A stretch of 64,000 nucleotides of DNA from Thermodesulfobacteriota bacterium (GTDB lineage Bacteria; Desulfobacterota_D; UBA1144; Nemesobacterales; Nemesobacteraceae). The stretch is taken from positions 123,660 through 187,659 of the forward strand of contig OZ241855.1 of the NCBI GenBank assembly GCA_965202785.1. The letters are read 5' to 3'. The notes below the pieces were generated by a model that saw only the letters and a list, made by a program, of their open reading frames with translations, was not told where the DNA came from and did not search any database. A program made the translations under genes and the position numbers. Shown here one piece after another: positions 44,824 to 54,801 of this stretch. Each line of letters opens with the position of its first letter. The first letter of the stretch is position 1.

Positions 44824-46380
44824 ATGAAACTCTCGACCAAGCAGATCTCAAGGGAAATAGACCGAAGGACGATTGAGGAATTCGGAGTTCCGGGCGTCGT
44901 GCTGATGGAGAACGCCGGAAGAGCGGTGGCGTCGGCCATCCTCGCCGAGTGCCCCTCCGCAAAGAAGATGGCGGTTGTCTGCGGCGCCGGAAACAACGCC
45001 GGGGACGGTTTTGTAATCGCGCGCCATCTTATTTCCTCGGGAAAAGAGGTAAGCGTCCACATCACGGAGAAAAAGGAACGCTACAGGGGTGACGCGAAAA
45101 CAAACCTCGACTCGCTTCTCGAGATCGAAGCCGACGTAAGGGAACTCGGCGGAAAACTCCCCAGAATAAAAGACACTGAAGTCATAGTCGACGCCATCTT
45201 CGGTACCGGGCTCGACAGGGATGTGGAAGGATTTTACGAGAAACTTATAAAATTCATAAACCGCCAGAGCGCCCGGCGTATTTCCGTGGACATACCCTCG
45301 GGACTTGACGCCGACACGGGGCGGCCTCTCGGGGCGGCGGTGCAGGCAGACGTCACGGTCACCTTCGCCCCGGCCAAGCTCGGGATGTGCGTTCACCCGG
45401 GAGTGGATTACACAGGAAAGCTCTGCGTAACGGACATAACAATCCCCAGGACGCTTTGGGAGAATCTTCCCTTTGAACTTCTCACGTTTCAAAAATGCCG
45501 GGGACTCATTAAAAAAAGGGCCTCCGATTCACACAAGGGAACCTACGGACATCTTCTCGTGCTCGCCGGCTCTCCGGGAAAAAGCGGGGCCGCTGTCCTC
45601 TCCGCCGAGGCGGCGCTTCGCGCCGGAAGCGGACTCGTAACCTTGGGGGTTCCGGAAAGCATATCCTCGGCTGTCGAGGAAAAGACAACAGAAGTGATGT
45701 CCGTTTCGCTTAAAGACTCAAAGGACGGGACTTTCCATCCCGACGCCCACGAAGAGGTGCTCAGGGAACTTGAAGGGAAAAAGACGGCGCTTGCCGTCGG
45801 CCCGGGGATATCGACCTCAAAAGGCACGGGAAAGTTTCTTGAAAAAGTGATAACCCGGTGCGAAGTGCCGGTTGTGCTTGATGCCGACGCCCTTAACATA
45901 ATTTCAAAGAACCCCGATATGCTCAGGAAAACAAAAATCCCCGCGGTAATAACTCCGCACCCCGGGGAAATGGCAAGGCTCTGCGGCGTAAGAACAAAAC
46001 AGGTGCAGGATGACCGCGTCGGGATCTCGACCCGGTTTTCCGAAAAATACGGATGCTACGTTGTTCTTAAGGGAGCGAGAACGGTCGTCTCCACCCCCGA
46101 CGGGAAAGTGTTCATAAACCCGACCGGAAATTCCGCCATGGCCACGGCCGGAACCGGAGACGTGCTTACGGGAATAATCGGGGGACTTGCGGCCCAGGGA
46201 TACGACCCCCTTCAGTCCTGCCTGCTCGGCGTTTTTCTCCACGGCCACGCGGCCGACCTTCTTTTAGAAGAGACGGGCACCGCGGGCTTTACCGCCTCTG
46301 AAATATCGCGTAAAATCCCCGCTTCAAGAAATTCCGTCATCTCATCCACGAAAGAAAGGCACTTCGCCACGGTAAGATAG
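44824..46380 (+). CDS. nnr: bifunctional NAD(P)H-hydrate repair enzyme (epimerase / ADP-dependent dehydratase)
   Basis: It has an N-terminal YjeF_N domain (CGAGNNAGDGFV..DAIFGTGL). The C-terminal carbohydrate-kinase domain has GPG....TPHPGEMARL...TAGTGDVLTG. Confidence 0.9.
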   Translation: MKLSTKQISREIDRRTIEEFGVPGVVLMENAGRAVASAILAECPSAKKMAVVCGAGNNAGDGFVIARHLISSGKEVSVHITEKKERYRGDAKTNLDSLLEIEADVRELGGKLPRIKDTEVIVDAIFGTGLDRDVEGFYEKLIKFINRQSARRISVDIPSGLDADTGRPLGAAVQADVTVTFAPAKLGMCVHPGVDYTGKLCVTDITIPRTLWENLPFELLTFQKCRGLIKKRASDSHKGTYGHLLVLAGSPGKSGAAVLSAEAALRAGSGLVTLGVPESISSAVEEKTTEVMSVSLKDSKDGTFHPDAHEEVLRELEGKKTALAVGPGISTSKGTGKFLEKVITRCEVPVVLDADALNIISKNPDMLRKTKIPAVITPHPGEMARLCGVRTKQVQDDRVGISTRFSEKYGCYVVLKGARTVVSTPDGKVFINPTGNSAMATAGTGDVLTGIIGGLAAQGYDPLQSCLLGVFLHGHAADLLLEETGTAGFTASEISRKIPASRNSVISSTKERHFATVR

Positions 46381-46385
46381 TTCCC

Positions 46386-46880
46386 ATGGACCCCGCATTC
46401 CTACTAGAAGTAAGCAAACCCGAGCAGACTATGCTTTGCGGCGAGATAATGGGGAAACTCATACCCCCGGGCTCGGTTGTGGGACTCACGGGAGATCTCG
46501 GCGCGGGAAAAACGGTTTTCGCCAAGGGTCTTGCCCGCGGCCTGGGAATAGAGGAGGAACCCAACAGCCCCACATTCGTCATAATGAACTGCTACGAGGG
46601 CAGCGTGCCTCTTTTTCACTTCGATGTCTACAGGCTGTCGGGCGGCGCGGAGTTCGAGGATACGGGCTATGAGGAATTTTTCTACGGAGACGGAGTTTCC
46701 GTCGTGGAATGGGCGGACAAGGTACGGGATGTATTACCGGGAAACGCTGTTATAATTGATATCCAATTCCCGTCCCAAGGGGACGAGGAATCGAGAACAA
46801 TAAAGGTTGCAGGTAAGGGAAAATGGCTCTTGTCGTTCAGAAATACGGCGGAACAAGCGTTGCTAGCATCGAAAAAATAA
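46386..46880 (+). CDS. tsaE: tRNA t6A37 biosynthesis ATPase TsaE
   Basis: LTGDLGAGKTVFAKGLARGLGI....SPTFVIMNCY...HFDVYRL is the YjeE/TsaE signature. Confidence 0.85.
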   Translation: MDPAFLLEVSKPEQTMLCGEIMGKLIPPGSVVGLTGDLGAGKTVFAKGLARGLGIEEEPNSPTFVIMNCYEGSVPLFHFDVYRLSGGAEFEDTGYEEFFYGDGVSVVEWADKVRDVLPGNAVIIDIQFPSQGDEESRTIKVAGKGKWLLSFRNTAEQALLASKK

Positions 46881-48061
46881 GGCGCGTAGCCGAGCACATA
46901 GTAGCAACGAAAAAGAAGAAAAACGACGTGATCGCGGTGGTCTCCGCCATGGCGGGGGAAACCGACAGGCTGGTCGGCCTCGCAAAAGAGGTGATGGATC
47001 CCCCCGATGAAAGGGAGTTTGACGTGATAACCTCAAGCGGGGAGCAGGTATCTTCCGGCCTTGTGGCCATGACGGTAAAATCGCTCGGGCAGGACGCGAT
47101 ATCTTTCCAGGGACACCAGATAAGGATCACCACCGACAACATTTACTCCAAGGCGAAGATAAAATCGATTGACGACAGAAACATCCGTATTGCCCTGGGT
47201 GAAAAAAAGGCGGTCGTAGTAGCGGGATTCCAAGGAGTCGACGAGAACGGGAATCTCACCACGCTCGGGCGGGGAGGCTCCGACCTGACCGCGGTGGCGC
47301 TCGCGGCCGTGATGGGGGCCGACGCGTGCGAGCTCTACAAGGACGACGTGGACGGGGTTTACACCACGGATCCCGGGATCTGTCCCGACGCAAGAAAACT
47401 CAGCCGGATTTCCTATGACGAGATGCTCGAAATGGCGTCTTTGGGCTCCAGGGTGCTTCAGGCCCGCGCGGTGGAATTTGCAAAAAAATTTAAAGTGCCT
47501 ATACATGTTAAGTCAACTCCAAGGCCCGGGGAAGAGGGGACGTGGGTTGTGGATGAGGAAAAAGTTATGAAATCCATGGAAGAAGTTCTGGTATCGGGAG
47601 TCTCCTACGACAGGGATCAGGCCAAGATCACCGTGACGCAGGTGCCCGACCAGCCCGGCATAGCGGCAAGGCTTTTCTCGTCGCTTGCCGACGAGAACAT
47701 AGTGGTCGACATGATCGTTCAGAACGTGAGCACGGAAGGGTTTACCGACCTCACGTTTACCGTGCCCAAGTCGGATTTCAAAAAATCAATAGAACTCTCG
47801 GAGAAGATGGCCCGGGAGCTAGGGGCAAAGCAGGTGCTCTCTGACAACCTCATCTCCAAGATATCCCTTGTGGGAGTGGGGATGAAGACCCACTCCGGAG
47901 TGGCTTCGCGCATGTTCAGGACGCTTGCAAACGAGGGAATTAACATTATGATGATAAGCACTTCGGAAATAAAAATCTCCTGCGTGCTTGAGGAAAAAGA
48001 CACGGAGACTGCCGTAAGGACTCTTCACAACGCTTTTAATCTTGGAAAAACCGATGAGTAA
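46823..48061 (+). CDS. lysC: aspartate kinase
   Basis: MALVVQKYGGTSV, VVSAMAGETDRL, GFQG...TLGRGGSD, and C-terminal ACT domains. Confidence 0.9.
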   Translation: MALVVQKYGGTSVASIEKIRRVAEHIVATKKKKNDVIAVVSAMAGETDRLVGLAKEVMDPPDEREFDVITSSGEQVSSGLVAMTVKSLGQDAISFQGHQIRITTDNIYSKAKIKSIDDRNIRIALGEKKAVVVAGFQGVDENGNLTTLGRGGSDLTAVALAAVMGADACELYKDDVDGVYTTDPGICPDARKLSRISYDEMLEMASLGSRVLQARAVEFAKKFKVPIHVKSTPRPGEEGTWVVDEEKVMKSMEEVLVSGVSYDRDQAKITVTQVPDQPGIAARLFSSLADENIVVDMIVQNVSTEGFTDLTFTVPKSDFKKSIELSEKMARELGAKQVLSDNLISKISLVGVGMKTHSGVASRMFRTLANEGINIMMISTSEIKISCVLEEKDTETAVRTLHNAFNLGKTDE

Positions 48062-49646
48062 CTCTAGAACCGTTGAGATATACGACGTGACCCTGCGCGA
48101 TGGAACCCAGGGGGAAAACATATCCTTTTCCATACACGACAAGATCCGGATAACGCAGAGACTGGACGACCTCGGGGTGCATTACATCGAGGGCGGATGG
48201 CCCGGCTCCAACGAGAGGGACAAGGGGTATTTTGAGGAAGCTAAGAAACTGGGGCTTAAAAACGCGAGCGTCGCGGCTTTCGGAAGCACAAGACGCGCGA
48301 GGAAAAGCTGCGAGGAAGACGCGAGCATACAGGCGCTTTTGCAGGCTGAAACCCCGGTCGTGACGATTGTCGGGAAAAGCTGGGACTTCCAGGTCACAGA
48401 AGCTCTCAAAATAGAGCTTGAAGAGAACCTCGAGCTAGTACACGACTCGATCGAGTACCTGAAACGCCACGTGGACAAGGTGTTTTTCGACGCCGAGCAT
48501 TTCTTTGACGGCTGGAAGAGAAATTCCGAGTACTCGGCGAAGGTTCTTGAAACCGCCTACGGAGCGGGGGTCGACACGGTCGTTCTCTGCGACACAAACG
48601 GCGGCTCCATGCCCTGGGACGTCGAGGGCGCCGTAAGGGAAGTTAACGGCATGTTTGATAACCCGAGCCTCGGAATACACACCCATAACGACAGTGAAGT
48701 CGGAGTCGCTAACACGCTTTACGCGGTAAGGGGAGGAGCGTCCCAGGTCCAGGGAACCATGAACGGCTACGGGGAGCGGTGCGGAAACGCCAATCTCTGC
48801 GCCATAATACCGAATATCGCCTTAAAGCTCGGGATGGATTCCATTTCCCAAGAAAACCTGAAAAAACTTTATTCGGTGTCCCATTTCATTCACGAGCTCA
48901 CAAACCTTCCGCCTCTCAAGAAACAGGCCTTTGTCGGCGAGAGCGCCTTCGCCCACAAAGGGGGAATTCACGTAAGCGCCGTAATGAAGAATTCAGACAC
49001 CTACGAGCACGTAGAGCCCCGCAGCGTCGGCAACAGGAGGCGGGTGCTGGTGTCTGACCTCTCCGGCCGGGCCAACATAGCCTACAAGGCCCAGGAACTG
49101 GGAGTGGAAATAGACCCCAAGGACGAAAGAATCCTGGACATACTGAACGAGCTAAAGGTTCTCGAGAACCAGGGTTACGAATTCGAGGGGGCGGACGCGT
49201 CCTTTGAACTGCTGGTGAGAAAAACCCTGGGCACCTATAAAAAGCGGTTTTATCTCAAGAACACCCGGACGCTGGTGGAAAAGCGGGAAGGAGACGAGGA
49301 GCCGCTCTCGGAGGCCACCGCGGAGGTCCAGGTAAACGGCGTCACGGACTACACGGTGTCAAGGGGGAACGGTCCCGTAAACGCGATAGACGGGGCGCTT
49401 CGGAAATCGCTTGAGAAATTCTTCCCGAGTCTTAAGACCCTGCGGCTGCTGGATTACAGGGTAAGAGTGGTGTCAAGGTCGGGCGGCACCGATTCCGTGG
49501 TAAGGGTGCTTGTGGAATCGGGAGACGGCGAGAAGACGTGGAGCACGGTGGGGGTTTCCGACAACATAGTGGAAGCGAGCTGGAAGGCTCTTGTCGACAG
49601 CATAGACTACAAGATATTAAAGGACGAGCTCGACGCCCGAGATTAG
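48054..49646 (+). CDS. cimA: (R)-citramalate synthase / 2-isopropylmalate synthase family
   Basis: YDVTLRDGTQGENISFS, HTHNDSEVGVANTLYAV, and a C-terminal LeuA-dimer regulatory domain. The ATG at 48054 overlaps the lysC stop (ATGAGTAA). Confidence 0.8.
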   Translation: MSNSRTVEIYDVTLRDGTQGENISFSIHDKIRITQRLDDLGVHYIEGGWPGSNERDKGYFEEAKKLGLKNASVAAFGSTRRARKSCEEDASIQALLQAETPVVTIVGKSWDFQVTEALKIELEENLELVHDSIEYLKRHVDKVFFDAEHFFDGWKRNSEYSAKVLETAYGAGVDTVVLCDTNGGSMPWDVEGAVREVNGMFDNPSLGIHTHNDSEVGVANTLYAVRGGASQVQGTMNGYGERCGNANLCAIIPNIALKLGMDSISQENLKKLYSVSHFIHELTNLPPLKKQAFVGESAFAHKGGIHVSAVMKNSDTYEHVEPRSVGNRRRVLVSDLSGRANIAYKAQELGVEIDPKDERILDILNELKVLENQGYEFEGADASFELLVRKTLGTYKKRFYLKNTRTLVEKREGDEEPLSEATAEVQVNGVTDYTVSRGNGPVNAIDGALRKSLEKFFPSLKTLRLLDYRVRVVSRSGGTDSVVRVLVESGDGEKTWSTVGVSDNIVEASWKALVDSIDYKILKDELDARD

Positions 49647-50605
49647 CCCTGCGCCCGTTTAGCGCTCCCTCTTTTTATTACAGCCCCAAGATGTTTGCGG
49701 TTTCTTTCCCTGGCAAGTCTCATCTGCTTCTGCCTTTCCTCAAGCGATGAAATCCTCTCGGGAGTAAGCTTTGCGTGGCAGCGGGGACAAGATATCCCCT
49801 CGCGGAATCCCTCGGATTCCCTGTCCTCCGGAGATACGGGCGCCCTGCAGTTCCTGCACGTACTCCATATTCCCCTAGAAAGGTCGTGGCCGACAGAGGT
49901 GCGGTCATCGAACACGAAACACTCCCCTTCCCAGAGGCTCTGCTCGCGCGGAACCCGCTCGAGGTAGGAAAGCACCCCTCCTTCAAGCTGATACACGCGC
50001 TGAAACCCCCTCTCAAGAAGATAGGATGTCGCTTTCTCGCACCTTATCCCGCCCGTACAGAACATCGCAACTTCCTTGTGCTCCGCGGGGTCGAGGTTTT
50101 CTCTCACGTATTCGGGAAACTCCCTGAAGTGCCCCGTCTCGGGATTCACTGCGCCCCTGAAGGTTCCAACACGGTTCTCATAATCGTTCCTCGTGTCTAT
50201 AACAAGCACGTCGGGGCGGCTTATAAGCTCGTTCCACTGCTCGGGCGGTACGCGCTGCCCCGAGAGGCGCTGCGGCTTTATGCCGCTTACACCCATGGGG
50301 ACCAGCTCCTTTTTAAATTTCACCTTGAGCCTGTGAAAGGGGCTTTTCTCGTTGTAACTGAGCTTGTACTGCGCGCCCGAGAGCCTCGCGTCGCTCTCAA
50401 GACAGGCAATGAGCCCCTCTACGCCCTCACGGGGACCCGCCACGGTGGCGTTTATTCCCTCAGAAGCGAGAATGAAGGTGCCGTTTATGCCGTTTTCCCC
50501 GCAAAACGAGAGCAGGGAGTTCTTTATTTCCAAGAGGTCGTCAAGATCAACGAACTTGTAGAAGGAGAGTACCGCGACGCCTTGGCTTTCGGGCCGCTTA
50601 CTCAT
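49643..50605 (-). CDS. trhO: rhodanese-domain tRNA U34 hydroxylase TrhO (YceA/UPF0176)
   Basis: FYKFVDL...GTFILASEGINATVAG, the rhodanese active site FCTGGIRCEK, and a C-terminal Cys-rich tail. Confidence 0.85.
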   Translation of the reverse strand: MSKRPESQGVAVLSFYKFVDLDDLLEIKNSLLSFCGENGINGTFILASEGINATVAGPREGVEGLIACLESDARLSGAQYKLSYNEKSPFHRLKVKFKKELVPMGVSGIKPQRLSGQRVPPEQWNELISRPDVLVIDTRNDYENRVGTFRGAVNPETGHFREFPEYVRENLDPAEHKEVAMFCTGGIRCEKATSYLLERGFQRVYQLEGGVLSYLERVPREQSLWEGECFVFDDRTSVGHDLSRGIWSTCRNCRAPVSPEDRESEGFREGISCPRCHAKLTPERISSLEERQKQMRLARERNRKHLGAVIKRGSAKRAQG

Positions 50606-51461
50606 CCGCCCCTACCCCGCTCAGGCTCTCCCACATTGAGAGGTAAGCCAGAAGATGCCGGCGCCTTTCGGGACTCTCGGCCTCTTGTTTTATCATATCG
50701 CGAAGCAGGCGCTGTTCCTCTGTGTAGCGCTCCGAATCGAGGTGTCCTATCGAGCGGGCCATCCTGAGCCACAGAAGATAGGTAGTGAGAGCGTCGCACT
50801 CGTTATAAGCGACTATCTCGTCAAGTCTTCCTTCAAGCCACATTGGAGCGACCTGCTTCCCGTCTACTCCCTCCATCTTGCCCGGGATTCCGCTTACGAC
50901 CGATATTTCGTGAAGAGACGGGGTGCCCTTCCCCCAGGCACTCACGCAGCGCATCAGATCGACGTTCCAGTCGCTTCCGCGGGCGAAAAAATCGGCTCCT
51001 TCCCAAGGCCTGTTGGGCCTCTGGGTGAAAAAACCGCCCCCGAGCCCGTGCTTGATCATTCTCTGGGCAAGAATCGGTATGTCGGAACCCGAGGAGTTGT
51101 ACCCCACAAGCTGCGGGCGGTGCTTGTCGAGAATCCTGAAAAACTCTTCTATGATTCTTCTCTCCGAGCAATCCTCTTCAGAAGTCGGAATCGACGGAAT
51201 CGAGTGAAGCTTGAGTCTTGAGACCGTTCCGCCTTTTTCTTCCTCCCGGAATACCATCGAGATGGAAACTATTTTCGAGAGGACCGTCTTGAGAAACGGC
51301 ATCGGCTCTTCCTCGGTCGCCCCGCCCTGCTGCCACATGAACTCGATCACCTCGCGATCGGGCATATCCCCCGGAAGTCCGTACGCGGCCTTTCCCGACT
51401 CGGGGTCGGGAACCCATTCTATGTCGAAGGCAAGAACCCGGGATTTTACTTCTCTGAACAT
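50598..51461 (-). CDS. predicted 3'-5' exonuclease related to the PolB exonuclease domain (RNase H-like fold)
   Basis: The LAFDIEWVPD ExoI-like motif, YNSSGSDIPIL (ExoII-like) and YNECDALTTY (ExoIII-like). Confidence 0.6.
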   Translation of the reverse strand: MFREVKSRVLAFDIEWVPDPESGKAAYGLPGDMPDREVIEFMWQQGGATEEEPMPFLKTVLSKIVSISMVFREEEKGGTVSRLKLHSIPSIPTSEEDCSERRIIEEFFRILDKHRPQLVGYNSSGSDIPILAQRMIKHGLGGGFFTQRPNRPWEGADFFARGSDWNVDLMRCVSAWGKGTPSLHEISVVSGIPGKMEGVDGKQVAPMWLEGRLDEIVAYNECDALTTYLLWLRMARSIGHLDSERYTEEQRLLRDMIKQEAESPERRRHLLAYLSMWESLSGVGADE

Positions 51462-51470
51462 CCGCCGCGG

Positions 51471-52025
51471 TCAGCTCCTTATGTAGGTGCGCATGAAAAG
51501 TATTATCGCGAAAAGGGTCGGGACAAGCAAAAACGCCTGGGAGACAAGTATTCCCCTAAGCCTTGTTATCTCGAACCCCCGTTCAACAACCAGGGTGTAG
51601 CGGGGTGTCTGCGAAGCGGCGCTTGAGAAAGACTCGATCACGTAACCTGTCGGCCCGGGGTTTTCAAACTCGAATATCTTCACTCCCCTCCTTCCCATGT
51701 AGCTGTATCTTTTCTGAGAATCAGGCACCTTGAGTTCCACGTTTTGCGCATTGGAAGCTTTTCTCAGGTAAACAACTATCGAGCCCTGCTCAGCGGAGTC
51801 CCCGCCTGTCTTTCCTTCGTCGAAAGCGCTTTCATACTGGTGGTAGATTGAATAAAGCCCCTTTTTCTCAAGCCGGATTGAGTGGCTTCCCGGAAAAGCG
51901 TATTCGCTAAGCGTCGCGCCGAGACCGGTAAAGCTTTTCACTACGTTATAAAAGAAAAGTCCCCCTCCGAGCAGAAACAGCACTATGCAGAAAATGTAGA
52001 TTCTCTTTCTTTTCCTGTCTTCCAT
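51471..52025 (-). CDS. hypothetical membrane protein (N- and C-terminal TM helices)
   Basis: Hydrophobic segments at both ends. I recognise no family. Confidence 0.4.
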   Translation of the reverse strand: MEDRKRKRIYIFCIVLFLLGGGLFFYNVVKSFTGLGATLSEYAFPGSHSIRLEKKGLYSIYHQYESAFDEGKTGGDSAEQGSIVVYLRKASNAQNVELKVPDSQKRYSYMGRRGVKIFEFENPGPTGYVIESFSSAASQTPRYTLVVERGFEITRLRGILVSQAFLLVPTLFAIILFMRTYIRS

Positions 52026-52148
52026 TTATTTTATACCTGCTTAAGAATCCGCTTCGCGCGGATTTGAGATGCACGTAATTATACTGCGAAAAATCCTGAG
52101 AACCACTACTCCTAACCCAGAATTTTCCTTCTCCGGGAAAAATTCTGT

Positions 52149-52177
52149 TTGACAAAGCAATATAGTTCCGGGATAAT
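52149..52177 (+). promoter_or_regulatory. sigma70 promoter of csp copy 1 (TTGACA, 17-nt spacer, GATAAT)
   Basis: Hexamers and spacing were read directly. The promoter lies 37 nt upstream of the ATG. Confidence 0.6.
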
Positions 52178-52213
52178 CCCGCGGATATTAAATTTCTAGA
52201 GGTAGGTATTATA

Positions 52214-52414
52214 ATGCAGGGAACTGTAAAATGGTTTAATAGCTCCAAAGGCTATGGATTTATAACATCCAACGAAGTGCAGGATGATATTTTTGTTCAT
52301 TACACCGCTATTGAGGGCGAGGGTTACAAGACTCTCAATGAGGGTGACGAAGTAAGCTTTGAGATCACTCAAGGCAAGAAAGGACCCACCGCAACAAACG
52401 TTGTGCCTGTCTAA
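52214..52414 (+). CDS. cspA: cold-shock protein (CspA family), copy 1
   Basis: [17 protein letters not shown]...DIFVHYTAI carries the RNP1/RNP2 motifs. Confidence 0.95.
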   Translation: MQGTVKWFNSSKGYGFITSNEVQDDIFVHYTAIEGEGYKTLNEGDEVSFEITQGKKGPTATNVVPV

Positions 52415-52415
52415 G

Positions 52416-52434
52416 AATTCGCTTTGCGCGGATT
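52416..52434 (+). terminator. weak hairpin after csp copy 1 (AATTCGC-N5-GCGGATT)
   Basis: A 7-bp stem with one G-U pair and only a short T tail. The homologous hairpin is at 52046-52064. Confidence 0.3.
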
Positions 52435-52527
52435 TGAGATCCACGCAGGTATACAGCGAAACACTTTGAGAACTACTGTATGTTTTCCTCCGCATCCAGA
52501 ATTTTCTGGAAACGGGGGAAATACAGT

Positions 52528-52556
52528 TTGACAAAGCAATACAGGTGTGGAATAAT
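52528..52556 (+). promoter_or_regulatory. sigma70 promoter of csp copy 2 (TTGACA, 17-nt spacer, AATAAT)
   Basis: The duplicated counterpart of the copy 1 promoter. Confidence 0.55.
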
Positions 52557-52590
52557 CCCGCAAATATTAATTTAGAGGTAGGTATTATAA

Positions 52591-52794
52591 ATGCAGGGAA
52601 CTGTAAAATGGTTTAATAGCTCCAAAGGCTATGGATTTATAACATCCGACGAAGTGCAGGATGATGTTTTTGTTCATTACACCGCTATTGAGGGCGAGGG
52701 TTACAAGACTCTCAATGAGGGTGACGAAGTAAGCTTTGAGATCGTTCAAGGTAAAAAAGGACCCACCGCAACAAACGTAATAAAGACTTCCTAA
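52591..52794 (+). CDS. cspA: cold-shock protein (CspA family), copy 2
   Basis: Differs from copy 1 at a few residues (N20D, I26V, T55V and the C-terminal tail). Confidence 0.95.
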   Translation: MQGTVKWFNSSKGYGFITSDEVQDDVFVHYTAIEGEGYKTLNEGDEVSFEIVQGKKGPTATNVIKTS

Positions 52795-52941
52795 GGGAAT
52801 TCAGAATCCGGTTATTTTGGTTCCCAGGGAAATTCCCGCTCCTCAAACTGACGGGAAAGTTGCGTTTGCGGTTTGAAAATACGCAAATCATGTACTAACT
52901 TTAGTGTCTGAACATTTTAGATCGCAAGGAAGGTATTTAAG

Positions 52942-54090
52942 ATGGATTTGAGCAACCAGGAGATAACAAGGTACAGCAGGCACCTCATAATGCCCGAAGT
53001 CGGCATTGAGGGACAGAAGAAACTCAAGAACTCAAGGGTCCTCTGTATCGGCGCCGGAGGGCTCGGGTCTCCGCTTGCTCTCTACCTCGCGGCCGCGGGG
53101 GTAGGCACCCTGGGAATACTGGACTTCGACGTTGTGGATTTCAGCAACCTGCAAAGGCAGGTGATCCACAGCGAGAAAACCGTTGGCACTCCCAAGGTGG
53201 AATCCGCAAGGGACCGTCTCCTGGAGCTTAACTCCGATACCAATATCGTTACCTATAACGAGATGCTGAATTCGGACAACGCCATGGACATAATGAAAGA
53301 CTACGACGTTGTCGTTGACGGAACGGACAATTTCGCCACGAGGTATCTCACAAACGACGCCTGCGTTTTCCTGGGAATTCCTAACGTCTACGGAAGCATC
53401 TTCAGGTTTGAAGGCCAGGTAAGCGTGTTCGACGCTAAAAGAGGCCCCTGCTACAGGTGTCTCTATCCGGAGCCCCCTCCCCCGGGACTCGTGCCTAGTT
53501 GCGCCGAAGGAGGAGTGCTGGGAATACTGCCCGGAGTTGTGGGAACCATACAGGCGTCCGAGGTCGTAAAGCTCATAATCGGCGAAGGAACGCCGCTTAT
53601 AGGAAGGCTTCTTTTCATTGACGTCCTCGAAATGGAGCCGAGGATACTCAAGCTCAGAAAAGATCCCGACTGCCCCGTCTGCGGCGAGAACGCAACCGTG
53701 ACCGAACTCATAGACTACCAGGAGTTCTGCGGCATCGGCCGAGGCGAAGAGCCTGAAGAGGAAAAACCCAAGGTCGAGGAGATAACCGTTGAGGAATTCA
53801 GCACTATCAAGGAAAACAAGGCCGACTTCGTTCTGATCGACGTGAGGGAGCCCCATGAGTACGAAATATGCAGCCTAGAAGGATCAAGGCTCATTCCCCT
53901 GGGCGAACTCAAGGACAGAACGGACGAACTTGACCCCAAGGACGACATAGTCGTTCACTGCCACCACGGCGGGAGAAGCATGAAGGCTGCGACTTTCCTT
54001 GTCGAGCAGGGTTTCAGCAAGGTTAAGAACCTCAAGGGCGGCATAGACGAGTGGGCTGAGAAGTACGACTCGGAAATGGCCAGGTACTGA
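52942..54090 (+). CDS. moeB: molybdopterin/thiamine-synthase adenylyltransferase with a C-terminal rhodanese domain (MoeB/MoeZ-type)
   Basis: YSRHLIMPEVG, GAGGLGSP, CxxC pairs (CYRCLYP, CPVCG), and the rhodanese CHHGGRS. Confidence 0.85.
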   Translation: MDLSNQEITRYSRHLIMPEVGIEGQKKLKNSRVLCIGAGGLGSPLALYLAAAGVGTLGILDFDVVDFSNLQRQVIHSEKTVGTPKVESARDRLLELNSDTNIVTYNEMLNSDNAMDIMKDYDVVVDGTDNFATRYLTNDACVFLGIPNVYGSIFRFEGQVSVFDAKRGPCYRCLYPEPPPPGLVPSCAEGGVLGILPGVVGTIQASEVVKLIIGEGTPLIGRLLFIDVLEMEPRILKLRKDPDCPVCGENATVTELIDYQEFCGIGRGEEPEEEKPKVEEITVEEFSTIKENKADFVLIDVREPHEYEICSLEGSRLIPLGELKDRTDELDPKDDIVVHCHHGGRSMKAATFLVEQGFSKVKNLKGGIDEWAEKYDSEMARY

Positions 54091-54131
54091 GAATCAGGGG
54101 TTTCAGGGAGAGGGAGAAAAACTCTTTTTCC

Positions 54132-54215
54132 TGGGCGGAGAGGGAATCGAACCCTCACGGGCCAAAGCCCAACGGCTTTTGAGGCCGTCGCGTCTACCTA
54201 TTCCGCCACCCGCCC
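54132..54215 (-). tRNA. tRNA-Leu (anticodon CAA)
   Basis: GGGCGGGTGGCGGAATAGGTAGACGCGACGGCCTCAAAAGCCGTTGGGCTTTGGCCCGTGAGGGTTCGATTCCCTCTCCGCCCA, with a long variable arm. Confidence 0.9.
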
Positions 54216-54264
54216 TTAAGATAGGGGACTATTATTCTCGCTAAACCCGGAGAAATCAACAGGA

Positions 54265-54801
54265 TCACTCCCCGAGAAAATAAAACCCGAACGCCGCTAT
54301 CACTATGCAGTGATCTATGGTGCCTTTCCTTATGTATCGTTTTATTTCCTGCGGAGAGACAAGCAGGGTTTCTATGTCTTCTGTAGTGTCAAAAGACGGT
54401 TCCGACGTCCGCTCACAGTCAGATGCGAGGAAGGTATAGCAGGAGTTTGACATGAATGCAGGGTTCGGCCTGACGCACCCTATCTGCTCCCACCTAGTGG
54501 AGCTAAATCCCGTTTCCTCAAGCAGTTCCCTTCGCGCGCACTGAACGGGACTTTCTCCCGGGTCGATCATTCCGCCCGGAATCTCAAGCGTGATCTCCCC
54601 GGTGCCGTGTCGGAACTGTTTTATCAAAATGATTTCACCAGAGGTCGTAACGGGGATAATGTTAACCCAGTCGGGAGCGTCCATCACGTAGAAGTCGTGG
54701 ACGGCGCCGTCTTCGGGCGAGACGGCGCTTTTCTTTCTCGTCGAGAAAATCCTGTAGTCGTTAAGCGGAGTGCTTTTTTTAAGCTTCCATTTTTTCGGCA
54801 T
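54265..54801 (-). CDS. NUDIX hydrolase (ADP-ribose pyrophosphatase-like)
   Basis: Nudix box GGMIDPGESPVQCARRELLEETGF. Confidence 0.85.
   Translation of the reverse strand: MPKKWKLKKSTPLNDYRIFSTRKKSAVSPEDGAVHDFYVMDAPDWVNIIPVTTSGEIILIKQFRHGTGEITLEIPGGMIDPGESPVQCARRELLEETGFSSTRWEQIGCVRPNPAFMSNSCYTFLASDCERTSEPSFDTTEDIETLLVSPQEIKRYIRKGTIDHCIVIAAFGFYFLGE

Larger units (their letters stand above)
52042..52800. repeat. tandem duplication (~370-377 bp unit) comprising hairpin, promoter, 5' UTR and csp gene
   Basis: The two units align over the upstream hairpin, TTGACAAAGCAATA.., the RBS GAGGTAGGTATTATAA and a nearly identical coding sequence. Confidence 0.9.

Noticed and set aside
46823-46880. 58-bp overlap between tsaE and lysC, considered as a possible frameshift or fusion
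   Set aside because: Both ORFs have full-length homology. The overlap only involves a non-conserved TsaE tail and the well-supported lysC start MALVVQKYGGTSV, so it is probably an ordinary overlap.
49775-50767. 330-aa plus-strand ORF
   Set aside because: It is antisense to trhO and to the PolB-exo-like gene, and it has no recognisable motifs.
53032-53856. 274-aa minus-strand ORF
   Set aside because: It is antisense to moeB/moeZ, which has clear adenylation and rhodanese motifs.
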